Assembly (NCBI GenBank): GCA_002104905.1
Contig: MCFE01000044.1
Location: 62,001 to 126,000, forward strand
DNA from: Basidiobolus meristosporus CBS 931.73
Lineage: Eukaryota > Fungi > Basidiobolomycota
DNA: 64,000 nucleotides
Direction of reading: 5' to 3'
The notes under the pieces are model-generated. The model saw nothing but the letters and a program-made list of their open reading frames with translations, was not told the origin of the DNA and made no database searches. The position numbers and the translations under genes are program-made. This document shows positions 36,674 to 47,238 of the stretch, piece by piece (position 1 is the stretch's first letter; every line of letters begins with the position of its first letter).

Positions 36674-38101
36674 GAATTTAGAAATATTTACCAAACCATT
36701 AACTAGAAACAAACTTCAATATCTGAGATCAACATTAGGATTAATTCATATAAATATTTGGTTGAGTTGAAGTATTGCAGAAACTTGTAGCTCCACCTAG
36801 ATATTTACCTACTGGAGTCACTTGGATCATTGCCTACAAGTTGCAGAGAAATATGGCAAAATTTCCAGTTGGGATTTACTTGGAATACTATCACCCCAAC
36901 ATCAGGTACACTGAGCATAATATTTGTCAAAGTTGTCCAAGCAGCCTCAAGCTTTGAAACATGCTCTTGGGATGCTTGTAAGCATGCTTTACATGCTTGT
37001 GTGGCCAAAATCATGTAAAGGTGTAGTGACTACTTTTACTTTGAATCAATCATTAAGCAAAAACTGTCTTATATACTTATTCTCCCAATCACTTCCAATA
37101 TCTCAAAAACTCTTACAGTACAAGGTGCCTCAAGCTTTGCACACATGCTCTGGGTACCCTCCTCAACATACTTTTCATATTTGTTTCATTGAGTGCAAAT
37201 CACAAAATTTATGCATTTGCCTAATCACTCCCAACATCTTCAAGTCTCCTACAACATATATGAGATAAATGCTAATTTACTTTATAGAAGGAATTGAAGA
37301 AGTCCTGCCTATGCCTGGGGAGCAAAACTGAGGAAAAACCAAGATAATATGCTCTGATAATGATTGAGCATATACCTCAAAACTTGTTGTCCACTTCTAC
37401 AAGATTCATGAGAGAGCCAGAAACTACTTCTCTACACTGCTCACAGAAAAATGGAGTGTCAGAGTGTGCGGATAGATTCAGAACTGATATGGCATGATCT
37501 ATGTTACATGATCAAAATTATTTGATCATTTTTAAGTAGACTCAGTTGCCACTGCTGTGTAGCTTAGACATAAGTACTATAGCAGAATACTCTATGATTC
37601 TACTCCATTTGAGGCATGGAATAGATATACATTTGATACAGAGTACCTTTGAATACTTGGTTGCACCACATAGGGCAAAAAATGCCCAGAAATTGGTCAT
37701 TATTTGAGCCAAAAAGTGCAAAATGTGTATTTTTGGGCCACTTCAGCAAGGGTAAAGCATACAGATACTGGAGTACCAAAGCAAAGAAACCAATCAAGTC
37801 TAGGGATGTTCTATTTGGTGAGTATTCCAAATAAGAAGTGTGGTCAAGAAAGCTCTGCAAAGATTGAGGTTTCTGTCAAGTTTCCATTACAGCTATATTC
37901 AAAGATATCGGGTATGCATAAAATATTCTTGCTCTCCCAATCACTTTGAATATCGTCAGGAACTTTTACATCAACAGTACAGTGAAATATTCCAAGTAAA
38001 TCGTGGCAAAATTCATTTTTGGGATTCACTAATATGCGTAGACTATAATCCAAGTGACTAAGTTTTGTGAGAACTCAAGTGTAATTATGGAGCTTACAAC
38101 A
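36674..38101. mobile_element. Jumble of family B remnants (RNase H end + LTR ~36773-37120, integrase fragment ~37300-37830, LTR pieces in both orientations up to 38101)
   Basis: EIFTKPLTRNKLQYLRSTLGL; FEPKSAKCVFLG; LTR start in reverse orientation ending TTACAACA at 38101. Confidence 0.75.
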
Positions 38102-38839
38102 ATTTTGAACATAGCCTTCAAACTCCAGCGCAAGTATTGGACACCCAGAACACGAGTATTCTCAAAGCTGCTCAGAGGCCACCTAACCAACTCGAAGTGT
38201 TCTCCAGACTCCCAGTTCCAATAGTTACAGTTACATCGCATCAAGAATGTATTATTATATGGATTGGTGGGATCTGTAGGGTATAGTGGATAGTGGATAG
38301 GGCAGACGATGTTCATAACACCAGCAATATATGCAACTATAGATCAGAGCAGAATACTGGACCTTTTGTTACTGAAAATCAAGTTCGCACCCCACTTTGT
38401 CACGCGCAAGCATATAGAGGGACGAACTTCGGGAGATTCTAAGGCCATGAACACCGTTAGCCAAAGATTCGCAAAACCTTTGGCTGGGAACCATCAATAG
38501 CCACGCTACAGCGTATGCCGGATTGCGGTACTGGTGATGGAAAGATCGAATCACCATATCTCACACCTGGTGAGGGATTATCCCCATTTTCGGCCAAGCA
38601 GAGTATTTTCACAGATAACCATGGGATTTGCCGAAGCCCAATGGATCTCTGTACCACCAGCTGATATTTAGCGGAACGCACTTATTAGCAGCGTTTTCAC
38701 TACACCATTCCTCTGTCCACAGGTGCGAACTCCACAGATACGATTGCAGCGGTGATCCGATCCATCCAATGAATGCGACGTGCAACATCCGGAGGGAATT
38801 GTAATCAACCAAGTGGGAAAAGGTGGTAGTGATATCTCA

Positions 38840-38875
38840 ATCAGATAAACATTTCAGACAGCGGAGTTATCAGAT
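38840..38875. promoter_or_regulatory. Inverted pair of ATCWGATAA GATA boxes upstream of mitoferrin (candidate SreA/Fep1/Urbs1-type iron-repressor sites)
   Basis: ATCAGATAA at 38840-38848 and TTATCAGAT (revcomp ATCTGATAA) at 38867-38875, ~500 bp before the ATG. Confidence 0.55.
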
Positions 38876-39377
38876 GCGGGTGGCAAGAGAATTAATCTGA
38901 GATTAGTCATCCTGTAGCACTAGGAAATCCACATCTCCCCTAAATGGAGAAATGCTTAGTCGAAGCTACCTTCTAAATAGAATGGCGGTACCTCCACGCC
39001 TGGTGGTTGGGTGGTCGATGTTGGACTTCTCTACCAGGAGGGACGATTAATCGGCTTAGTGGATTTCAAATCCAGCGTCAATCGGGAATGCATTTGATCT
39101 AGAAATGGATCTTATCAACCCAATGCTGATGAAAGCTAAATATCCCATTTGAGTGGCATATTACTAGATCAGATGAGCGATGAGTGATCCTCTGTAACCA
39201 GAAAAAAAAAGCCATTTCTATTGGGATGTTAAATACTCTGGGCCAGGTGGCAAAGCATCACCGAACTTTTCTATTCCTTCGCTATCCAAACACTCTCCTA
39301 TAAGTTGGTAACTTTACAGTGATGCGTTCGGGTGGCCGAGACTAATGCCAAGCATTCCTCCCTTTCTCGTGTAGAAT

Positions 39378-40481
39378 ATGGCTGATAACGAAGAATACGA
39401 TTACGAAGCACTTCCTGAGAGCGCCTCCGTCGTGACCCACCTTATTGCTGGTGCTTTGGCCGGAATCACCGAGCACACTGTTATGCATCCTTTCGATAGT
39501 GTTAAGGTTTGTCCTGTTGTGCACCTGGCATGACCGCATCCCGCCCATTGACCCAACGTTGTAGACTAGGATGCAAATTATCAATCCAAACCCACAAGCG
39601 GTCTACTCAGGCGTTGTCCAGGCCATCACCCGTATGACCACCACCGAGGGGGTTCGCTCCCTTTGGAGAGGTGTTAACTCGGTGATTTTAGGAGCTGGAC
39701 CCTCCCACGCGTTGTATTTCGCTACGTACGAACAATGCAAAACTTGGTTCGGAGGCAGCGAGCTCGGCCACCACCCTATCGCCACAGGTAAGCTTAACAG
39801 ATACGATTTCGGCATTGCTGGCATATGCTGATAGCAGCCATTTTAGGGGCGGCCGGTGCCTGTGCAACCATTGCCAGTGATGCGCTGATGAACCCATTCG
39901 ATGGTAGGAGATGATTTATATTGAGGTCGATGGAAAGCCGCCAATCTCACCATATGCACTTAGTGATCAAACAGAGAATGCAGGTCCACGGGTCCAGCTA
40001 CAGGAGCGTTCTCGAATGCGCCCGGAAAGTGTTCAAGGCTGAAGGATTTTCCGCCTTCTACGTCTCTTATCCCACCACCCTGATGATGACCATCCCATTC
40101 CAGTCGATCCAATTCGCAACCTATGAATTTTTCTGCGGCGTCCTGAACCCCAACCGTTCGTACGACCCTAAGACGCACATCATCTCTGGTGGCATCGCCG
40201 GTGCAATCGCTGCCGCCGTCACGACCCCACTCGACGTTGCCAAGACGCTCCTCCAAACACGCGGAACCTCTGCCAATGCTGAGGTACGCAACGCCTCTGG
40301 CATGCTTGCTGCCTTGCGGGTTATTGTGAAGCACGATGGTATGCGTGGCCTGATTCGAGGCTGGAAGCCACGTGTACTCTCCCATATGCCCGCCACCGCT
40401 ATTTCGTGGTCAACCTATGAATACTTCAAGTGGTTCCTGAAGTCCAGGAATCAGGACTCCTTCGTCGCCGCCAACCCATAA
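39378..40481 (+). CDS. MRS3/MRS4: Mitochondrial carrier, mitoferrin (Mrs3/Mrs4-like iron importer); exons 39378-39506, 39565-39787, 39847-39903, 39964-40481
   Basis: DYEALP N-terminus, [10 protein letters not shown], three PX(D/E)XXK carrier repeats ([30 protein letters not shown]), [11 protein letters not shown]; GT-AG introns keep frame. Confidence 0.93.
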
Positions 40482-41056
40482 CCTCCGTGTTCAATAACGT
40501 GTATTAATAGTTGATTTCAAGCCATCCCACACCATGTACTTCTCCTTTATGCATCCTCACCTCCCAATAGATGTAATAAACATCCGCTTTACAATGCGCC
40601 CAAGCAGCTGAGCCAATGGTGGATGTTACCAAAAACCGGAAACCCCCAGGTTAGCATAGGATCGTCCCAATTTCGTGTCACAGTCGAGGTGGCAGAGTTT
40701 CTAGACAATCACTGCAATCACCAGTTCCTCGTTCCGTGATTCTAGGAATCGGCCCAAAGCGGTATTCGAAGTGAACTAGAATGCGAGCGGACTGACCTGA
40801 GATACACCTAGACACCGATCAATGGTTAGCGCCTTGTTGATGCCCGAGGGCCTCGATCTGATTTGCTGCTGGATGTTGATTCGAGATTCCTTGTCAGAGC
40901 TGGATTACTCGCGGCCACACGATTTGTCTACACCGAAGATCCTGTTTGGGGTCCATCCCTCTTTTTGAGGGTTGCTTCTATTTATTTATACTTAAGAGAG
41001 CGGATCCCACTTCTGTACTCCTTGTCCCTTTGATTAGAACAAAGTCACTGGCAATC

Positions 41057-42233
41057 ATGACGCAGCTATTACCTTTCATGTCGGACAAGACATTGGCGCT
41101 TCTGTCGCCTTTCGTAGCGTACTGGGTACTCTCCGGGATCTTCTACTACATTAGTCAGTGCCGTTTCCCATTCTTCGAGCAATACAAGATCCATACCACC
41201 GAGGAAGATAAAGCCAAGAACCAAGTCACCGTCCAGGAGGTCATCAAGAGTGTCTTGGTCCAGCAGGTTCTTCAGACTGTTGTTGGCTTGATCGTGGTTA
41301 CCGCCGAGGGTGAGGATACAACCGACTATACCTTCACTCCCTTCAGCGTTTTGGCCCAGCAATATCAACAACAATGCCCTGAGCTGTTTGGCTTGAGCAT
41401 CTGTCCCTCCGGCCCCTCCTCAGCCTATCTTCTCGCCGTCGTCTCCCAGGCTTTGGCTTGGCTTATCGTGCCATTCATGCGCTTCATGGTTGCTTTGTAA
41501 GTCTCTCAAGCCTATTTTTCTGTCCCCCGCACGTTTTGTTCAATGGTTTATTCTCTTTCAGGTTTGTCTTGGATACCATCGAGTATTTCCTTCACCGTTG
41601 GTTCCACAGCAACGCTTACTTGTATCGCACATTCCACTCCGTCCACCATCGTATCTACTGTCCTTACGCTTTCGGAGCGCTCTACAACAACCCCATCGAA
41701 GGTTTTGTCCTCGACTCTGTGGGTGCTGGTATCGCATATGCCGTGTCTGGCTTGTCCACCCGCGGTGCCATTGTGTTCTTCACCTTCTCCACCATCAAGA
41801 CAGGTAAACTTTTATTGTTCTCGGGTAGCACACCGACATGAGCAGCGGATTCACCTTTATTTACTTATAGTGGATGATCACTGTGGGTACAATTTGCCTT
41901 TCGATCCCCTGCAACGGATCTTCGCCAACAATGTCGCATAGTAAGTCCCCTTCACACGAGCCACCTGGTTTCACTCGCAACTTACATGAATTCTACTTTA
42001 CCCATAGTCACGACATCCATCATCAACTCTACGGCCTCAAGATGAACTATTCCCAACCCTTCTTCACCCATTGGGATCGTCTCTTGGGCACCTACATCTC
42101 CCCCAGCGAAATCAAGCAAAAGCGCGAGGAAGCCAAGCGCGAAAAGATCGCCAAAGCCAGTGGGCAAACCACCCAAAGAAGCACCACCGCCATCGACAGC
42201 AGCTTGAAGCAGACCAGTCGGATGAGAATCTAG
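41057..42233 (+). CDS. SUR2: Sphinganine C4-hydroxylase (fatty acid hydroxylase family); exons 41057-41496, 41562-41803, 41871-41940, 42008-42233
   Basis: His boxes HRWFH, HSVHH and HDIHH; YCPYAFGALYNNPIEG; DDHCGY; NYSQPFFTHWDRLLGT. Confidence 0.93.
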
Positions 42234-42634
42234 ATATGGCAGCCGATGCGAACACCCGGGTGAAGTCCAAGGGTTCTGGAAGCCTAGCGCAACCCGTGAA
42301 ACACCCGGAACCCACTGGAGATCTGTAAACAAAGACTGGTATGCCATTGATAATCCCCAAATTTTGTCCCTTAGAGTTGGGTTGAAAAGTCATGTAACAT
42401 AGACTTCTTTTATTCGTCACTGTGGATATTCTTTAACAAATAAATCGATACCCAACCACACCAGACCACCCTAGTTGCATCTAGTTGCTTTGTAGTGTTT
42501 GTTATCTCGGGGTCTTCAAGCAGCCTTCTGTGCGACACAGGTTCGCTTTCATTGGTAGGACTCTCTAGGCAGGAAAAAAAGGCCATTACATCATTTGAAC
42601 CAAATAGGGCTTAATTTTAGGGGAATTCCGTGGA

Positions 42635-42643
42635 TTATCAGAT
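42635..42643 (-). promoter_or_regulatory. ATCTGATAA GATA box upstream of GRX3/4 (a second CTGATAA at 42697-42703)
   Basis: TTATCAGAT on the + strand, ~440 bp upstream of the ATG. Confidence 0.45.
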
Positions 42644-43081
42644 CCTTGGAGTCTGGTGCCAGAGCGGGATGGGGATGTATGGAGATTCAACCATCGCTGA
42701 TAAGCTTCGTGACTTGGCCACCATAAACTCAGATGGATGACAAATCCAACCGTTTAAAATTGTGCCACATGCGGTTCGAATGGTGAGTCTTCCCTTGAAC
42801 CACTCGTGAAGAATAGGATGGTTTGATGGCAGAATGCCAATCGGCGGAGCAGGCCGGGATCCGTGGTGAATTGCGAATTGGTTGGGAATGATTGCAATTG
42901 AATGTTGCTTAATATACACTTGATTTCAAATATTCGATTTTTTTTCTTCGAGAAGATTCAATCGGACATTAATTCAGGCTATTTATGCTTAGACACCAGG
43001 TTGGTGGAGTCCCCCTTGAATCCCAACTTGAGCCCTTTCTTTACCAGAAACGCAACCCGCGCAGACACACACATACCATCC

Positions 43082-43918
43082 ATGTTGAACCACATCGAGC
43101 TTCAGTCTGACGAGCAGTACGCACAACTTTTCACCGAAAGTAAGGGTAAGATCCTCGTGCTGAATTTCTGGGCCTCCTGGGCCGCCCCCTGTGCCCAAAT
43201 GAACGAGGTGTTTGCCGAACTGGCCAGCAAATGCCCAAACCTTCTCTTTATCAAGGTATGTACCTTCCCGACCACTTTCCTTTCTTCTGCCCTTATTTCT
43301 GACCCAGGTCACGATTAGGTTGAGGCTGAGAACTTCCCGGACATCTCGGAGGATTACGAGATCGCCGCCGTTCCCTCCTTCGTCTTTGTTCAGGTAAATC
43401 AATGGCACAACCTCTAGTCGAACCCGGTGCACGTGACCTAACGGAGATACCCTTTGTAGGATGGAAAAATCTTGACCAGAGTTGAAGGAGCCAACGCCCC
43501 TGAGCTCAGCCAAACAGTGGAAAACTACACCAAGTCCTTGAGCCTCACCAACTTCACCAGTAGCAATGGCAAGCCTGCCGAGCCTGAACCCAAGGAGGAC
43601 ATCACAGTACGCCTTGGACAACTCATTCAACAGGCCCCTGTCATGCTGTTCATGAAGGGAGAGCCCGCTCAACCACGCTGCGGCTTCTCTCGTCAACTGA
43701 TTGAGATCCTTAGAAAGAACCATGTTCGATTCGGATACTTCGATATCCTAAGCGACGAAGAGGTACGCCAAGGACTCAAGGAGTACTCCAACTGGCCAAC
43801 CTATCCTCAGCTATACGTCAATGGCGAGCTGGTCGGCGGATTGGATATTGTCAAGGAGTTGATCGAAACGGACGAGTTCACCTCGATGATCCCAGCGGAA
43901 GCCATTTTCGCCCAATAG
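43082..43918 (+). CDS. GRX3/GRX4: Multidomain monothiol glutaredoxin (Trx + Grx); exons 43082-43255, 43319-43393, 43460-43918
   Basis: WASWAAPC Trx-like motif, LFMKG...[22 protein letters not shown]. Confidence 0.95.
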
Positions 43919-43947
43919 ATGGCTCATTCCTCCAGCTTTACCTTTCA

Positions 43948-43995
43948 TATCCACCCACATCCACAGCCACAGCCACATCCACACCCACACCCACC
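43948..43995 (+). repeat. Degenerate (CCACAN)n hexamer microsatellite in the GRX 3' UTR
   Basis: CCACAT/CCACAG/CCACAC units, about 7 copies. Confidence 0.8.
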
Positions 43996-44435
43996 GGGAT
44001 TGAATCCTTGGTAACATTCTCGATCCAGAAGGTTCATTTCTACTCTATGAAGTATCACAACCATGCACTCCATGTAAGGAGCCAGGTGGTTATAGATCTT
44101 GCAATGTCCCATGAAAATGAACGTTTCGCATTAAAAACCAACTGAATTCTTCTCGTTGAATCCGGATTAATTAAACCTGGGGTCAAGGACTCGGGCGCAG
44201 TTACGGGAGATTTGTCATACAAGGGGTGCGGAAGTAAGAGATGCGGGAGAATTTCGGTTCCTGAACTACGGTTCGCTGGGTCGGTTTGGATCGTTCAATG
44301 CACGCTAAATGTCCATATCTGGCGACATTTCATGTGGATAGGGGCGATCTCCTATTCCAGCGGGTTTAAATACGGCGAAGCGTAGAAAACTGACCCATTC
44401 CGAAATCACATCCATCCAATTTGCAGTGTAGGGAC

Positions 44436-46938
44436 ATGGTTCTAGAGACACCAAAGTCCCCCCGTTCCCGAGGTTTCAAAATCTCCATCATGACTTTACC
44501 CTTCACAGACGACCAGAACCTACCCCTCTACCACCACAAATCCCCGCGTCGAGGTGTGTTTCGCACCCACGCATGCCTGAAAAGACTACTCTACGTGACT
44601 GGGTTCTGTATGCTGGTCGCGCTCAGCTGCTATCTTTACATCTGCTATCACCTGTCCGATCTTCCCCTCCACATATTCACCTCGATACCGAGGCTTCCCA
44701 GCGAGAAGATACTGCTCTATCGAATCCTAGGAAACGACCTCCCACCACGCCACAAGCCCGGACAGACATTGCACAACGTCCAGTTCATCCTCCAGCACGA
44801 GTCCGCCTTTCCCGATACCGAGAAATGGTGGATCATTAACCGCATCGTAGACCCGGACCAGGAGCAGGCGATCATCGAGTTGCTGGACCGGTACCACCAG
44901 AAATACGTTCGGATCCCGTTCGTGGAGGAGGAGTATCAGAGCCACGATTTTCGCTACGAGGAGTTCCCGGTGAAGGATTTCTTCCGTTCCCGAGAGTTCA
45001 GCGCCCTGGGGAATATGGGGAAGCTTCGGATCATCGATTTCTCGTACCACAACAAGAACCTTTACGTGATGAACAACGTAGGTAGCATCCCGTCACGAAG
45101 CTAGGTGGCCGACTAACTGACCTTCCCGAATTTCATTGCAGAACGGTGGCCGAAACTTCGCCTTGGAGCACGGGAGAAGGATGGGCCCGAAATGGATCTT
45201 CCCGTTGGACGGGAACTGCTTCTTCACCCAGCAGGCATTCAACGAGATCCGGCGGAACCTCGACATGTACGGGGATTCGTACAAATATTTCGTCATCCCG
45301 ATGGTGAGGGCGCTCAACAACACCGAGATCATCCTGAACCCGGAGGAGCGGCCAGATGCAAGCCAAGAGCCCCAGCTGATCTTCAGGGCCGACGCCAAGG
45401 AGACGTTCAACGCCCAGATGCGTTACGGCAGAAGACCCAAGGTACGGTTGCTTTGTATGTATGTCGCACGCAATCATGATTGACGCCTATTCTCCCTGCC
45501 ACCGCAGCTGGAGCTTCTGTGGAGACTTGGTGCCTACAAACTGCGCGACACCTCCCACGATATTGTGCCTTGGGAGATCCGTGAGCGGCCGGATTCGCCA
45601 GAGAAAGGGGAATTCATCACCGCCGGCTGGGTCTACAGACTATTCTCGGGACAAAGGAATCAGGAGACCAACACAAAAGAGGCGACTCGGATGCGTGCAT
45701 ACAACCGTCTACTTGCTGTTCAACAGTTTATCGACTCCATCGATGAACGGATCGCCCGCAAGCAGTTCAACTCGGACACGTTGCTGATGTACAACGAGAC
45801 TCGACTGCGGCAGCAACGACTGCAATACTGGTCCGGGGAAGCAAGCATGGTGAAGACCGTGAGCCAGCTGCAGAGTCAGGCGGAGAGCATCATCGATGAT
45901 ACGCTGGCGGAGCTTCATTTGCAGGCCAAGCCTTCGGTGAACGGTCCATCCTCGCCAGTCGATCTGGAGAGCCTATTCAACGAGATCGTAGCGCTCACTC
46001 TCGCCACCTACTTCACGGGGGAGGAGAAGTATGCCTCGTGGGCGGGGAATCTGTTACGTCGCAACATCCTGGGTCGGACCCACCTGTGGACTTACCAGAT
46101 GGAAAGCTATCCAGCCCAGGAAGACGGCGATATACCCTGGGATTCCATCCCAAGCCCCCCTACACCGCTGTGGCATCGGCTGGAAACCATCCCGCAAGAG
46201 ACGGACTTCTCGTACCTCCTGGACGCGATACGACTGTTGAGGAGGACGAACGCGGTCACCCACAAGGAATACAGCCAATTGGTAGCGATGGCCAACCGCT
46301 ATCTTGTCCACTTGATCACTTCGCCGGAGACAAAGAACTCGACCAGGTACCCAGACCACAGAGGAACGTTCCGGGATTTCCAGGTCGTTGCGCTGTCTGG
46401 CTTCGTAGGGGATTTTCGTCTGTTCCTTCATACAGCCAACTGGAGTAGAATGAGGATAGGGAAGCAGTTCGATACTGCACTATCGCAGCCGTACGAGAGC
46501 TTGGCCGCTTCCGAGGAAGCCCCCGGAGATCAGAGCTTGGTTGACTCGAAAGCCAGCCATAAAGCGACGAAGAATCTTATCTACTGGTCGCTAATGACAA
46601 GATTACTTCAGAACTCTAGGGTGAATGTCGACCTGTGGAGGCACCAAACTGCACATGGAGTCAGGTTAAACAACGCGATCATCAAGCACCTTACCCAGCA
46701 TATCAAACTCTCAGCCAACGGAGGGATTGAGCGGGAGGCAGCTCGAGAAGAGGGCAGCCTACTGGCGCTTGCAAGTATCTCTCTGGCGGCAGAGAAGGCA
46801 GCAACGGAGGATTCGGGGTTGAATCGGGAGATCCTATCGAATATTGTCCAAGCCACCCGGCTGGCACGATCCAAACTCAATCAAGCAGATACCAAAGGTA
46901 CCGGACTTCCACCATTCTGGTCGCTCGGGATAGAATGA
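44436..46938 (+). CDS. ~790-aa type II membrane protein: glycosyltransferase-like N-domain plus degenerate alginate-lyase-like C-domain; exons 44436-45077, 45142-45441, 45508-46938
   Basis: N-terminal hydrophobic segment LLYVTGFCMLVALSCYLYICY. Motifs LYRILGNDLPPRH, NLYVMNNNGGRN, WIFPLDGNCF and YGRRPKLELLWRLG. C-terminal LATYFTGEEKYA, YLLDAIRLL, DHRGTFRDFQV and RIGKQF...QPYE. Start could also be ATG 44490. Confidence 0.8.
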
Positions 46939-46964
46939 GAACCAAATAATCCAGGATCCATATG

Positions 46965-46983
46965 TATATATATATATATATAC
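46965..46983 (+). repeat. (TA)n microsatellite
   Basis: TATATATATATATATATA just downstream of the stop codon. Confidence 0.85.
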
Positions 46984-47238
46984 GCTGATTTTAAGCAGTT
47001 GTGTCACGAAGTAGTCATAGATCGACTAATAAATTTTGCTGGAATCAAACTGCGTTTTGTTGACAGGATTTCATGGGGCGCTGGGCCAATCAGGTGGAGC
47101 GGGCGTGTAGCTAGTATAAACAAAAAATCCCCTCATTACGAACCCAACAGCCTTGCGCATCCAGTAACGTAACGTTGTCGCTTAACTAGAGTGTGCTCCC
47201 TTTCTTACCACGGTCGCCGAATATCACACTCGCCCCAA

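Noticed and set aside
42989-43723. Long antisense ORFs over host genes (e.g. 42989-43723, 39960-40385, 41982-42347, 53130-53684, 59532-60191)
   Set aside because: They are shadow frames of GC-rich, codon-biased genes on the other strand, cross introns, and carry no motifs.
43948-43995. TG-rich/CCACA repeat as an interstitial telomere
   Set aside because: Short, degenerate, not TTAGGG-type, and in a 3' UTR; an ordinary microsatellite.
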